Assembly (NCBI GenBank): GCA_020050595.1
Contig: JAGVKL010000024.1
Span: forward strand, 2,299 to 66,298
Origin: Legionellales bacterium
GTDB lineage: Bacteria; Pseudomonadota; Gammaproteobacteria; Legionellales; Legionellaceae
DNA: 64,000 nt
Direction: 5' to 3'
Part shown: piece after piece, positions 41,180-51,610 of the stretch
How positions within the stretch are numbered: position 1 is the stretch's first letter
How the letters are laid out: every line of letters begins with the position of its first letter
The notes under the pieces: generated by a model
The model's input: only the letters and a program-made list of their open reading frames with translations
Told to the model about the DNA's origin: nothing
Databases searched by the model: none
Program-made: the position numbers and the translations under genes

Positions 41180-42628
41180 TTAGCCCACTGCCCCTTCCAA
41201 ACTAATGCCTAATAATTTTGTGGCTTCTACTGCGAATTCCATGGGTAATTCTTTCAATACTTGTTTACAAAAACCATTCACGATCATAGAAACCGCATCC
41301 TCCATACCAATACCGCGTTGTTGGCAATAAAATAATTGCTCCTCACTGATCTTGGAGGTGGTTGCCTCATGCTCCACCTGTGCTGATGGATGTTTCACTT
41401 CAATATAAGGAAATGTATGGGCAGAACACTCACTACCCATTAACATCGAATCACACTGCGTATAATTGCGCGCATTGACCGCGGTGGGGGCAATGCGTAC
41501 CAGCCCTCGATAGGCGTTATGAGCATGCCCTGCGCTAATCCCTTTAGAAATGATAGTCGAGCGCGTATTTTTACCGAGATGAATCATTTTAGTGCCCGTA
41601 TCGGCTTGCTGATAATGATTCGTTAAGGCTACGGAGTAGAATTCACCGACGGATTCATCTCCTTGTAAAATGACGCTAGGATACTTCCAAGTAATCGCAG
41701 AACCCGTTTCAATTTGCGTCCACGATATTTTTGAACGCTTGCCACGGCATGCACCTCGCTTGGTTACAAAATTATAGATCCCCCCTTTCCCTTCTTTATC
41801 GCCGGGGTACCAATTTTGCACGGTTGAATATTTAATTTGCGCCCCATCAAGCGCTATTAGCTCGACCACAGCTGCGTGTAATTGATTTTCATCCCGCATC
41901 GGAGCCGTACAACCTTCTAAATAAGAAACATAACTGTCACAGTCAGCAATAATTAAGGTGCGTTCAAATTGTCCGGTTGAAGCTGCATTGATTCGAAAAT
42001 AAGTGGATAACTCCATAGGGCAGCGTACGCCTTTAGGAACGTAGACAAAAGAACCATCACTAAATACCGCTGAATTAAGTGCTGCGTAAAAGTTATCACG
42101 GTAAGAAACAACCGAGCCTAGGTATTGTTGGATAAGTTCAGGGTATTGATGAACCGCTTCTGAGAAAGGACAGAAAATAACTCCTTTTTCCTTCAATTTG
42201 GCTTTAAACGTGGTCGCCACGGAAACGCTATCAAACACCGCATCTACCGCGACCCCGGCTAACATTTCCTGCTCACGCAAAGGGATGCCTAATTTTTCAT
42301 AGGTACGCAATAATTCAGGATCCACTTCTTCTAAACTTTTTGGCCCGTCTTTCTTACTCTTCGGCGCAGAATAATAAGAAATGGCTTGATAATCGATGGG
42401 CGGATAATGCACGCTTGACCATGCTGGATGAGACAGGGTTTGCCAATGTCTAAATGCTTTCAACCGCCATTCAAGCATAAATTCAGGCTCACCTTTTATG
42501 GCTGACAGGCGGCGAATGACCTCTTCATTTAGGCCAGGCGGGAACGTATCGACTTCGATGTCGGTTACGAAACCATGTTGATATTCCCGCTCAAGCAAAG
42601 AATTAAGTTGTTCGTTACTTTTAGTCAC
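41180..42628 (-). CDS. sufB: Fe-S cluster assembly scaffold SufB
   Basis: Highly conserved SufB sequence ([25 protein letters not shown]...HEATTSKI). Confidence 0.95.
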   Translation of the reverse strand: MTKSNEQLNSLLEREYQHGFVTDIEVDTFPPGLNEEVIRRLSAIKGEPEFMLEWRLKAFRHWQTLSHPAWSSVHYPPIDYQAISYYSAPKSKKDGPKSLEEVDPELLRTYEKLGIPLREQEMLAGVAVDAVFDSVSVATTFKAKLKEKGVIFCPFSEAVHQYPELIQQYLGSVVSYRDNFYAALNSAVFSDGSFVYVPKGVRCPMELSTYFRINAASTGQFERTLIIADCDSYVSYLEGCTAPMRDENQLHAAVVELIALDGAQIKYSTVQNWYPGDKEGKGGIYNFVTKRGACRGKRSKISWTQIETGSAITWKYPSVILQGDESVGEFYSVALTNHYQQADTGTKMIHLGKNTRSTIISKGISAGHAHNAYRGLVRIAPTAVNARNYTQCDSMLMGSECSAHTFPYIEVKHPSAQVEHEATTSKISEEQLFYCQQRGIGMEDAVSMIVNGFCKQVLKELPMEFAVEATKLLGISLEGAVG

Positions 42629-42754
42629 GACTGACTCCCGATCTTACCGTGATAAGTGTTCATCGAATGGCGTCAACTTAAGGCGCCACTCCTCGGCTAC
42701 TCTGTTCTGGCTCTTAGCCCCATTTGTGGGCGTGCAACGCCATCATGTGCACAC

Positions 42755-43207
42755 TTACCTTGTTATTGCTACTTGCCGAATGCGATCGAGATCGATCGCT
42801 GAAAGCGAGGGCTTTGCTAATAGTTCTAAACTTACACTTTCTAACGCCGTCTCGATTGCCCGACTAATTAATTGCCAATTACCTTGTACATGACAGACGT
42901 GTTGTAAAGAGCACTCATTGGGCGCTTTACTGCATTCGGTTAACCCACGATCTTCATCTAAAGCGTATATAATTTCCGCCACTGAAATCTCAGCAGCTGC
43001 TCGTTGTAAACGGTATCCGCCAGTCACGCCCCGAACAGAAGATAATAAACCTGCAGCTGTTAACCGTTTTAATAATTTACTCACGGTTGGTACGGTAAGG
43101 TGGGTATGTGAAGCAATATCTCTTGCATTGCAAAGCTTTTGCGAATGCTTTGCAAGATACACCATTACGACTGTTCCATAATCGGCCAATTTACTGATGC
43201 GGAGCAT
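42755..43207 (-). CDS. iscR: Rrf2-family regulator, IscR/SufR-like
   Basis: N-terminal wHTH (MLRISKLADYG...) and a Cys triad (C...CSLQHVC) typical of Fe-S-sensing Rrf2 proteins. It is the first gene of the suf operon. Confidence 0.85.
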   Translation of the reverse strand: MLRISKLADYGTVVMVYLAKHSQKLCNARDIASHTHLTVPTVSKLLKRLTAAGLLSSVRGVTGGYRLQRAAAEISVAEIIYALDEDRGLTECSKAPNECSLQHVCHVQGNWQLISRAIETALESVSLELLAKPSLSAIDLDRIRQVAITR

Positions 43208-43229
43208 ATCATTCCCATCCCCAATAATC

Positions 43230-43266
43230 TAGTACTATTTAAGTCTTATATTATAATATAGTACTA
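43230..43266. promoter_or_regulatory. Two palindromic TAGTACTA boxes bracketing TATAAT upstream of iscR (candidate Rrf2 operator)
   Basis: TAGTACTATTT occurs at 43230 and 43259 (29 bp apart). The self-complementary 8-mer cores flank TTATAAT. Confidence 0.3.
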
Positions 43267-43367
43267 TTTTGGTTCTATTTAAAGAAAGCCAACATCATAA
43301 CGTATTATTTGAGTAATCGCTAGGGGTGCAACTCTCGTATAGGCAAATAAAAAGTAACCAGCAAAAA

Positions 43368-43507
43368 ATCCGAACCACAACCATCAGAAACCGGATCCGA
43401 ACCACAACCATCAGAAACCGGATCCAAACCGCGACCATCAGGAACCGGATCCGAACCACAACCATCAGGAACCGGATCCGAACCGCGACCGTCAGGGAGC
43501 GGAAAAG
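43368..43507 (+). repeat. Tandem array E of the core repeat (5 x 27 bp), ending in CCGAACCGCGACCGTCAGGGAGCGGAAAAG
   Basis: TCCGAACCACAACCATCAGAAACCGGA units start at 43369, 43396, 43423, 43450 and 43477. Confidence 0.9.
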
Positions 43508-43621
43508 TTAACCAGCCATGTTTTTCACAAGCAGGCCATTTTCATAGCAGGGCTAATAGTTCACTATTGACAGTTGGTAATGAGGGATTATAATCGCCGA
43601 CGAGTTTAGATTAAGATTATT

Positions 43622-44281
43622 ATGACAATACGATTTTTTATTATCTTTTTGGGCATTTTTTTAAGCCCCCTTACTTTTGCAGAGCCCCCAAATCTCTCTA
43701 TTGTTCTCCATGAATTAAAAATTTACCACGACTCAGGTGCTTATGCGCATGATTTAAACCGCGTTGTTCAAGATGCTCATCGTTATATTCTTAAAGAAGT
43801 AAGCATTAATAACCACCGCATAACCCCCAAAAAGCTTGCTATCGTGCTGGATATTGATGAAACAAGCCTCTCCAATTACCGCACATTTTCTGCACATCAG
43901 TTTGTAGAAACCAAACAACAAATTCATCAGGATATGCTGGCTGCCAATGCCCAGCCGATTATCCCCACCTTGCAATTATATAACGATGCCTACAAGCAAG
44001 ATGTTGCTGTCTTCTTTGTAACGGGTAGGCGGATTTCTGAAAAAAATGCCACCATTAAAAATCTAAAAAAAGCCGGCTATGAACATTGGACTGGTCTTTA
44101 TTTAAAGCCTGAAAATTACCATCAACCTTCCGTTATTCCCTTTAAATCCAGTGTAAGAAAAATGATTGCGAGCCAAGGTTACACAATTATTGCTTCAATT
44201 GGCGATCAATATAGCGATTTAAAAGGCGGTTATGCTGAAAAAACGTTTAAATTGCCTAACCCTTATTATTATATTCCCTAA
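43622..44281 (+). CDS. Secreted class B (HAD IIIB) acid phosphatase
   Basis: Signal peptide, DDDD-family motifs (VLDIDETSLSN, FFVTGR, GDQYSDL). Confidence 0.8.
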   Translation: MTIRFFIIFLGIFLSPLTFAEPPNLSIVLHELKIYHDSGAYAHDLNRVVQDAHRYILKEVSINNHRITPKKLAIVLDIDETSLSNYRTFSAHQFVETKQQIHQDMLAANAQPIIPTLQLYNDAYKQDVAVFFVTGRRISEKNATIKNLKKAGYEHWTGLYLKPENYHQPSVIPFKSSVRKMIASQGYTIIASIGDQYSDLKGGYAEKTFKLPNPYYYIP

Positions 44282-44347
44282 CATACTCAAAAACAGCCTA
44301 TGGGGTCTGACCCTATTGAAATCAATGGGGTCAGACTCTATTGATTA

Positions 44348-44470
44348 TTAATAAATATAATGTTGAATAATTTGCTGAGCTTGCTCAGGCGTTAAGGGCT
44401 TAGTTAAGACGCCATCCATAGCATAATCATTGCAATCATATTTAACGACATCGGCTTGATACGAGGTTGC
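44348..44470 (-). pseudogene. Possible orphan fragment of a response-regulator receiver-domain C-terminus (40 codons)
   Basis: The minus-strand translation ...YDCNDYAMDGVLTKPLTPEQAQQIIQHYIY* looks like the alpha4-beta5-alpha5 end of a REC domain. Stops lie upstream and no start is present. Confidence 0.3.
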
Positions 44471-44483
44471 CAATTAATTTATT

Positions 44484-46094
44484 TTATGGACAAATAGTGC
44501 GGTGTGTCGGGCGCGGAAAACGCTCGTCAAGCAGACACTGGAGAGCATTTAATTTTGCTTCTAATTGCCTCTTTTCAACGCTTTCTGTAAAAGGCCCTTT
44601 TAATTCCTCTTTCATACGCTCTATTCGCACACAATCAAGCTGCCATTTACCACTGATAAATAACTCACCAACTGCTTTGAAAAAATCGCTGATGATATAA
44701 ACCATCTGCATAAAAAAAGGAGCGTCATAACGGGAAATCGCTAACTCAACCAGCTTGATTTGATCTGCTAGCCCTTCCTGGGTAATAGATGAATCCGAAG
44801 AGAAGTTTTTCACTGCAATAATTTTCCCACTGTTGGGAAAAAACGTTGAAGATTGAAGGTTGGGACGAGTCGCAACAGCTATGGAGCTTTCTCCGGTTTT
44901 CTTATATTCTTCAACCAAGCTCGTTAGCATTTGTGCATAATCCGCTTTAAGAGTTATCAACCCTATAATTATACCCATAGCGACCAGGCACAAATCGATT
45001 TCTTTCTGAGATTTTATGACTTGCTTTATCTTTTCTTCTGCTGCTATAAGATCTTTCTTCAATAAGAAACCAATGATTTCAGCCATGATGAGGTACGATC
45101 GAGCTTCATTATTAAGAGCCTTTTGAATAGCTTCCCGAATCGATGAAATCCTATCCATTATATTTTCATGCTGCATAACCTTTAAGTATGCTTCTCGCTG
45201 TTTGGGGGCAAGTATGGATTCATCTTTGCGAATTAACTCTTGCATGCGGTTTACAATAGGCATCAAACGAAGCTCATAATACTCGCTAATAAATAACGCA
45301 CGAATTCTAGCCGTTTCTAAAGCGATAGCGCCTGCCTCAGCAAATCGCGCTTCGGCAAACGAGCGACAAATACTTTCTACCTCATCCGCGTTAGAAATCA
45401 TATAAGGCTCGTCGCTTGCGCTACGCTTAATAATCCAATGAGTTAAGACTTCATCAAGAAAATTATTGGTTGAGCATCCATTAATGGCTGTTACTTCCCG
45501 CATGACTGCTAATTGCTCGGTGCGGATGGCCGTACGGCCAGGATTATCTTCTCGCTCTTTACCAGCAAGACATCGCTCTGCATTTTTTAAAGCATATGGC
45601 CCACAAGAAGCCATATCAGGCTGAGCCCATGCATGGGCATAAGGAGCTTTGGTAACACTGACATTAGCTGCTTCATAATGCATTCGAAAAAGACTTTCAA
45701 TCCGGTCTAGCTCACTTCCCACCCCGTAAGGGATAATGCCTACATTTAATGAATCAGAAAAAAAGATATTAACAATTTTCTTAGCCGAGTTCGTTGGATC
45801 TTTTTTAACTATAATAGCCACTGAAGTCCAATGACTATTTCCACGATTAAGGGTGAGCATGATATGAAAAGGGAAAGTCGTTTCTTTTAAGTGTCGCCTT
45901 AAATGATGAGCTTCTAAACCAGTACGTCCCACGCCTTCATTTTGGAAAAGGGAAGCACCAACGACCGAAACAGGCTCTGAAGTTAAAAATAATCGATTTT
46001 CAGAAGCACGGGCCCAAACGTTGCCTACTTCTTTCATCTGAGCTGTGGTGTACCAATAATCGTCTATGGGCGTTCTAACTATTGGATCGGGCAT
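44484..46094 (-). CDS. 536-aa protein with an N-terminal Ulp1/CE-clan cysteine protease signature (candidate deubiquitinase/deSUMOylase-type effector) and a helical C-terminal half
   Basis: Ordered His-Asp-Gln-Cys signature: NRGNSHWTSVAIIV (His), IFFSDSLN (Asp), AWAQPDMASCGPYALKNAE (Gln and Cys). Confidence 0.6.
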   Translation of the reverse strand: MPDPIVRTPIDDYWYTTAQMKEVGNVWARASENRLFLTSEPVSVVGASLFQNEGVGRTGLEAHHLRRHLKETTFPFHIMLTLNRGNSHWTSVAIIVKKDPTNSAKKIVNIFFSDSLNVGIIPYGVGSELDRIESLFRMHYEAANVSVTKAPYAHAWAQPDMASCGPYALKNAERCLAGKEREDNPGRTAIRTEQLAVMREVTAINGCSTNNFLDEVLTHWIIKRSASDEPYMISNADEVESICRSFAEARFAEAGAIALETARIRALFISEYYELRLMPIVNRMQELIRKDESILAPKQREAYLKVMQHENIMDRISSIREAIQKALNNEARSYLIMAEIIGFLLKKDLIAAEEKIKQVIKSQKEIDLCLVAMGIIIGLITLKADYAQMLTSLVEEYKKTGESSIAVATRPNLQSSTFFPNSGKIIAVKNFSSDSSITQEGLADQIKLVELAISRYDAPFFMQMVYIISDFFKAVGELFISGKWQLDCVRIERMKEELKGPFTESVEKRQLEAKLNALQCLLDERFPRPTHRTICP

Positions 46095-46150
46095 ATTATT
46101 AGATATAATTTAAGTGCTAATGTTTTATTTTAACACAAATTACGATGGTT

Positions 46151-46550
46151 AGGTTCATTTATTAAACGGGTGCAACACTAGGCAACGTCCCTAAAGTTTC
46201 GCCAGGAGCGAAAAAGTAAGAAATTGAGGCAAAATACACGCTTGATAGAGGCGAATAGCAAGCTCTATTTAACGAAATCAAGCGTGTATTTTGACCCATT
46301 TATTGCTTTTGCAGCCCGGCGATAACTTTAGGGACGTTGCCTAGGTTGGGCCCTGAGAGATCGTCACTTTTTGTTAAACCATGTAGCCTGGTTGCTTGCA
46401 ACCAGGGACTTTGAGCATTGATGTAAGTTATGACATGCTTTCCTGGTTGCAAGCAACCAGGCTACTGTTTAAAAAGTGACAATCCATCAAGGCCCAACCT
46501 ACCGGGTTTTATTGAATAGAGGAGCGTTGCATCCGCTTAATAAATGAACC
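46151..46550. repeat. 400-bp intergenic region built entirely of nested inverted repeats (outer 27-bp arms, a 167-bp hairpin element, a 160-bp MITE)
   Basis: GGTTCATTTATTAAACGGGTGCAACAC (46151) pairs with GCGTTGCATCCGCTTAATAAATGAACC (46524). CTAGGCAACGTCCCTAAAGTT (46178) pairs with AACTTTAGGGACGTTGCCTAG (46324). TAGGTTGGGCC (46342) pairs with GGCCCAACCTA (46491), enclosing GTAGCCTGGTTGCTTGCAACCAGG and its complement. Confidence 0.85.
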
Positions 46551-46552
46551 CC

Positions 46553-47032
46553 CTAATAATCTACGGCTATGATTTCATACTCAACCACCCCTCCAGGGGT
46601 CTCTACTTTTACGGTATCATCTAGTTGCTTACCAATTAATGCTCGGCCGATAGGAGAACTATAGGAAATCTTATTCACTTTGATATCCGCTTCATCTTCC
46701 CCTACGATTTGGTAGGTGATTTCTGTATCCACTTGCAAATTACAGACAGAAACTTTCGCACCAAAAATAACTTTGCCTTGGTTTGGCATTTTGCTGATAT
46801 CAATAATTTGAGCGTTTGATAACTTCGCCTCGAGCTCTTGTATCCGCCCTTCTGTAAAACTTTGTTGCTCACGCGCCGCATGATACTCAGCATTTTCCTT
46901 CAGATCACCATGAGCACGAGCAGTTGCAATAGCGTCAATAATCCGCGGACGCTCTACTGTTTTAAGACGGTGTAATTCATTTTTAAGTGCTTCTGCACCT
47001 TCCACGGTCATTGGATGTTTTTGCATAGCCAC
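46553..47032 (-). CDS. greA: Transcription elongation factor GreA
   Basis: Conserved GreA sequence ([44 protein letters not shown]). Confidence 0.95.
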   Translation of the reverse strand: MAMQKHPMTVEGAEALKNELHRLKTVERPRIIDAIATARAHGDLKENAEYHAAREQQSFTEGRIQELEAKLSNAQIIDISKMPNQGKVIFGAKVSVCNLQVDTEITYQIVGEDEADIKVNKISYSSPIGRALIGKQLDDTVKVETPGGVVEYEIIAVDY

Positions 47033-47052
47033 CCCAATTTAAAATGTTCCTT

Positions 47053-50000
47053 TTAATGTAAATCTTGAAGCTTTGTGACGGTTTTTCTATCTTCGTATTT
47101 CATAGCTAAACACGCAGCCTCAGCACCTGATAACGTTGTAGTATAACTAACTTTATGTTGTAAGGCATTGCGCCGTATAGCAAAAGAATCTGCAATCGCC
47201 TGCTTACCTTCGGTAGTGTTTACAATAAAATCAATTTCATGATTTTTAATGTAATCTACCACGTGTGGCCGGCCTTCTGCCACTTTAAATACCCGTTTAC
47301 AATTAATTCCTGCCGCCTGAATCACCATAGCTGTACCCCGGGTAGCGACGATTTCAAAACCTAAATCAATCAAGCGCTTGGCTATCTCTCCGATGCGCGT
47401 CTTATCCGCATCTCGAACCGAAACAAATGCTCGCCGCCGCTTCCCAATATTGACGCCAGCGGCCAATTGCGCTTTTGCATACGCTTGGCCAAACCGTTTA
47501 GCAATGCCCATGACTTCGCCGGTCGATTTCATTTCAGGTCCAAGAATAGAGTCAACCCCAGAAAATTTGATAAAAGGAAAAACCGGGAGCTTAATCGAAT
47601 AAAATGCTGGCATCGCATGCTGCTCAGTAAGACCTTGGTCTTTTAAACGCTTGCCTACTTTGCAAAGCGCAGCAATTTTAGCTAATGGTAGCCCTGTTGC
47701 TTTCGAAACAAAAGGCACTGTACGTGAAGCTCGGGGATTTACTTCTAACACATAAATATCATCGGATTGAATAGCAAACTGCGCATTGATTAAACCTACA
47801 ACCCCTAATTTCAAAGCCATAGCTCGCAATTGCTCAATTAAATCTTGTTGCACCACTGTACTTAAGCTAAACGGAGGTAATGTGCATGCGGAGTCGCCAG
47901 AATGAATCCCAGCCTGCTCAATATGCTCCATGATAGCGCCGATTAAAACATCCTCACCATCACAGACGGCATCAATATCTACTTCTATCGCGTCATTCAA
48001 AAACCTATCTAGCAATACGGGTGCATCATTAGATACCTCTACTGCATTAGCTAAGTAATGGCGCAAATCTTGTTCTTGATAGACAATTTCCATGGCGCGA
48101 CCGCCAAGTACATACGAGGGCCGAACCACCAAGGGGTAGCCAATCCGCTCTGCTAATACAAGTGCTTCCTTCTCGCTGCGCACCGTACCATTAGCTGGTT
48201 GATGCAAATTTAAATCGTTTACTAATTGCTGGAAGCGCTCTCGATCTTCTGCTTTATCAATAGCATCGGGTGAAGTCCCAATAATTTTTACACCATTCGC
48301 TTCGAGTGCTCGAGCCAACTTTAATGGCGTCTGCCCACCGTAATGAACAATCACACCATCAGGCTTTTCAACCGCAATGACTGAAAGCACATCTTCTAGT
48401 GTCACCGGCTCAAAATACAATCTATCCGAAGTATCAAAATCGGTAGACACCGTCTCTGGATTGCAATTCACCATAATGGTTTGATACCCTGCTTCTCGCA
48501 ACGCCATGGCGGCATGCACGCAACAATAATCAAACTCAATACCTTGACCTATACGGTTAGGCCCACCGCCTAAAATCATGATCTTTTGTTTATCCGTTGA
48601 AGGCCTAGCCTCGCACGTACTGTCATAACAAGAATAAAGATAGGCCGTATCACTAGGAAACTCACCAGCACAAGAATCAATTCGCTTATAAACAGGCGTT
48701 ATACCTAGGCTTAACCGATAAGCACGTACCTCGTCTTCTTTACAATCAAGTAAGAAAGCCAAATAAGCATCAGCAAAGCCATGACGCTTTAATTCATGCA
48801 ATGTTTTCTTGGATACATCATGAAGAGCTTGCCCTTGAATGGTATTTTCTAATTCTACCAGGTGCTTTATCTGACCTAGGAACCAAGGATCTACTTTGCT
48901 TTCTTGATGAATTTCTTCCAAAGTAAAGCCCTGTCTGAAAGCGTCAGCGATATACCACAGGCGATCCGGAGTAGGCTCACGCAAATGCCCGCGTAATAGC
49001 GACAAATCGTGTTGTTTAAATAAAGGAATTAAACCTGAACGACCTATTTCTAAACTACGAATGGCTTTTTGTAATGACTCTTGAAAGTTAGATCCTATAG
49101 CCATGACCTCACCCACCGACTTCATTTGTGTCGAAAGGATAGGCGGGGTTTGTGGAAATTTATCAAAATTAAAACGGGGAATCTTAGTCACCACATAATC
49201 AATCGTAGGTTCAAACGAGGCTGGCGTTTTTCCGCCGGTGATTTCATTAGCTAACTCATCCAAGGTATAGCCTACCGCCAATAGCGCCGCTATTTTCGCT
49301 ATAGGAAAACCTGTTGCTTTAGAAGCTAATGCAGAGCTTCTTGATACTCGGGGGTTCATTTCAACCACTAGCATGCGGCCATCTTCAGGGTTTACGGCAA
49401 ATTGCACATTTGAACCCCCCGTATCCACACCGACGGCACGTAAAACACGAATAGCCGCATCACGCATGCGTTGAAACTCTTTATCCGTTAAGGTCTGAGC
49501 AGGTGCTACCGTAATAGAATCCCCGGTGTGAACGCCCATCGGATCAAAGTTTTCAATGGAGCATACGATAATGCAGTTGTCATTTTTATCGCGCACCACT
49601 TCCATTTCATACTCTTTCCAACCCAATACCGATTCATCAAGTAATAACTCATGGGTAGGCGAAAGCTCAAAACCTCGGGCGCAAATTTCTTCAAATTCTT
49701 CACGATTATAGGCAATTCCTCCACCACTGCCGCCCATGGTGAATGAGGGTCGGATAATGGTGGGGAAACCTAATTGGGCTTGAACAGAAAGCGCTTCTTC
49801 CATGCTATGCGCAATGGCTGAGCGCGGCATATCCAAACCAATTTTTTTCATTAATTGACGAAATTTCTCTCGATCCTCGGCTTTATCAATGGCTTCCCGC
49901 GTTGCCCCAATTAACTCCACCTTGTACTCAGCAAGCACTCCCTCACGTACTAGATCCAACGCGCAATTCAAAGCCGTTTGACCACCCATAGTAGGTAATA

Positions 50001-50256
50001 AGGCATCTGGGCGCTCTCGCTCAATGATACGCGCTACTTCTGGCCATAAAATAGGCTCGATATAGGTTGCGTCAGCTAATTCAGGATCGGTCATAATGGT
50101 CGCAGGATTAGAATTAACTAAAATAATCCGGTAGCCTTCTTTTTTTAATGCACGCACAGCCTGGGTGCCCGAGTAATCAAACTCACAAGCTTGACCAATA
50201 ACAATGGGCCCTGCACCAAGGATAAGGATGGATTGGATATCAGTTCGTTTTGGCAT
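47053..50256 (-). CDS. carB: Carbamoyl-phosphate synthase large subunit
   Basis: 1067 aa with duplicated ATP-grasp halves and highly conserved CarB blocks. Confidence 0.97.
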   Translation of the reverse strand: MPKRTDIQSILILGAGPIVIGQACEFDYSGTQAVRALKKEGYRIILVNSNPATIMTDPELADATYIEPILWPEVARIIERERPDALLPTMGGQTALNCALDLVREGVLAEYKVELIGATREAIDKAEDREKFRQLMKKIGLDMPRSAIAHSMEEALSVQAQLGFPTIIRPSFTMGGSGGGIAYNREEFEEICARGFELSPTHELLLDESVLGWKEYEMEVVRDKNDNCIIVCSIENFDPMGVHTGDSITVAPAQTLTDKEFQRMRDAAIRVLRAVGVDTGGSNVQFAVNPEDGRMLVVEMNPRVSRSSALASKATGFPIAKIAALLAVGYTLDELANEITGGKTPASFEPTIDYVVTKIPRFNFDKFPQTPPILSTQMKSVGEVMAIGSNFQESLQKAIRSLEIGRSGLIPLFKQHDLSLLRGHLREPTPDRLWYIADAFRQGFTLEEIHQESKVDPWFLGQIKHLVELENTIQGQALHDVSKKTLHELKRHGFADAYLAFLLDCKEDEVRAYRLSLGITPVYKRIDSCAGEFPSDTAYLYSCYDSTCEARPSTDKQKIMILGGGPNRIGQGIEFDYCCVHAAMALREAGYQTIMVNCNPETVSTDFDTSDRLYFEPVTLEDVLSVIAVEKPDGVIVHYGGQTPLKLARALEANGVKIIGTSPDAIDKAEDRERFQQLVNDLNLHQPANGTVRSEKEALVLAERIGYPLVVRPSYVLGGRAMEIVYQEQDLRHYLANAVEVSNDAPVLLDRFLNDAIEVDIDAVCDGEDVLIGAIMEHIEQAGIHSGDSACTLPPFSLSTVVQQDLIEQLRAMALKLGVVGLINAQFAIQSDDIYVLEVNPRASRTVPFVSKATGLPLAKIAALCKVGKRLKDQGLTEQHAMPAFYSIKLPVFPFIKFSGVDSILGPEMKSTGEVMGIAKRFGQAYAKAQLAAGVNIGKRRRAFVSVRDADKTRIGEIAKRLIDLGFEIVATRGTAMVIQAAGINCKRVFKVAEGRPHVVDYIKNHEIDFIVNTTEGKQAIADSFAIRRNALQHKVSYTTTLSGAEAACLAMKYEDRKTVTKLQDLH

Positions 50257-50282
50257 AGTAAGTGGCTACTTTTTAATTAAAT

Positions 50283-51596
50283 TTAATATCGATAATGCTC
50301 TGGTTTATAGGGCCCCTCGATAGCGACACCGATGTAGTTTGCTTGTTCTGGTGATAATTTAGTTAATTTTGCTCCAATTCGGTCTAAGTGCAGACGAGCT
50401 ACCTTCTCATCCAAGTGTTTAGGTAGGACATACACCTGTTTATCGTATTGTTCTGCTCGCTGGAATAATTCTATTTGCGCCAAGACTTGGTTGGTAAACG
50501 ATGCTGACATGACAAAACTTGGATGTCCTGTAGCACAACCTAGATTAACCAAGCGGCCTTCGGCTAACACAATAATGCGTTTTCCATCAGGGAAAATAAC
50601 ATGATCAACTTGCGGTTTAATGTTTTCCCACTCGTATTGGCGTAAGCTTTGGATATCAATTTCAGAATCAAAATGGCCAATATTGCAAAGTATTGCTTGG
50701 TTTTTCATGCGCAACATGTGCTCATGGGTCACTACATGGTAATTGCCTGTCGCAGATACCACAATATCAACCATTTCAGCCACATCATCCAGGGTGACTA
50801 CACGATACCCTTCCATGGCTGCTTGCAATGCACAAATGGGATCAATTTCCGCAATAAATACTGTTGCTCCTTGGCCCCGTAAGGCTTGGGCACACCCTTT
50901 ACCTACATCGCCATAGCCTAGGACTATTGCAATTTTACCCGCAACCATCACATCCGTAGCGCGTTTTAAACCATCTAAAAGCGACTCTCTACAGCCGTAT
51001 AAATTATCAAATTTTGATTTAGTGACCGAGTCATTGACGTTGATAGCAGGCATTTTTAGTTGACCTTTTTTAGCCATTTCATAAAGCCTTGCCACGCCTG
51101 TGGTCGTTTCTTCAGAAACACCTTTGATCGCTGATAATAATTCGGGGTGTTTGTCATGAATTAATTGCGTCAAATCGCCGCCATCATCTAGCAATAAATT
51201 AGGCGTCCAGTTGTCAGGGCCGCGAAGGGTTCGCTCTACACACCACCAATACTCTTCTTCGGTCTCACCTTTCCAAGCAAAGACAGGGATACCTGCTGCG
51301 GCAATTGCTGCGGCGGCGTGATCTTGGGTAGAAAAAATATTACAGGAAGACCATCTAACTTCTGCCCCTAAAGCGATAAGCGTCTCAATCAAGACAGCCG
51401 TTTGAATGGTCATGTGCAAACAGCCGGCAATCCGTGCACCGCGTAGGGGCTTTTCTTTGCCGAATTCTTCTCTTAGTGCCATCAAACCTGGCATCTCGGT
51501 TTCAGCAATTGCAATTTCTTTGCGTCCCCAACTCGCGAGTGATAAATCGGCTACTTTATAATCTTCACTGGCTGTTACTTCTTTTGCTTGTATCAT
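50283..51596 (-). CDS. ahcY: Adenosylhomocysteinase
   Basis: Conserved AhcY blocks ([24 protein letters not shown]-binding GYGDVGKG). Confidence 0.95.
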   Translation of the reverse strand: MIQAKEVTASEDYKVADLSLASWGRKEIAIAETEMPGLMALREEFGKEKPLRGARIAGCLHMTIQTAVLIETLIALGAEVRWSSCNIFSTQDHAAAAIAAAGIPVFAWKGETEEEYWWCVERTLRGPDNWTPNLLLDDGGDLTQLIHDKHPELLSAIKGVSEETTTGVARLYEMAKKGQLKMPAINVNDSVTKSKFDNLYGCRESLLDGLKRATDVMVAGKIAIVLGYGDVGKGCAQALRGQGATVFIAEIDPICALQAAMEGYRVVTLDDVAEMVDIVVSATGNYHVVTHEHMLRMKNQAILCNIGHFDSEIDIQSLRQYEWENIKPQVDHVIFPDGKRIIVLAEGRLVNLGCATGHPSFVMSASFTNQVLAQIELFQRAEQYDKQVYVLPKHLDEKVARLHLDRIGAKLTKLSPEQANYIGVAIEGPYKPEHYRY

Positions 51597-51610
51597 AGTA
51601 GTTCCTTTTA

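Noticed and set aside
49506-49727. Short ORFs nested in conserved genes (for example 49506-49727, 46702-46893, 52411-52596, 54742-54999, 322-537)
   Set aside because: They sit in alternative frames of strongly conserved housekeeping genes, and their composition does not suggest coding.
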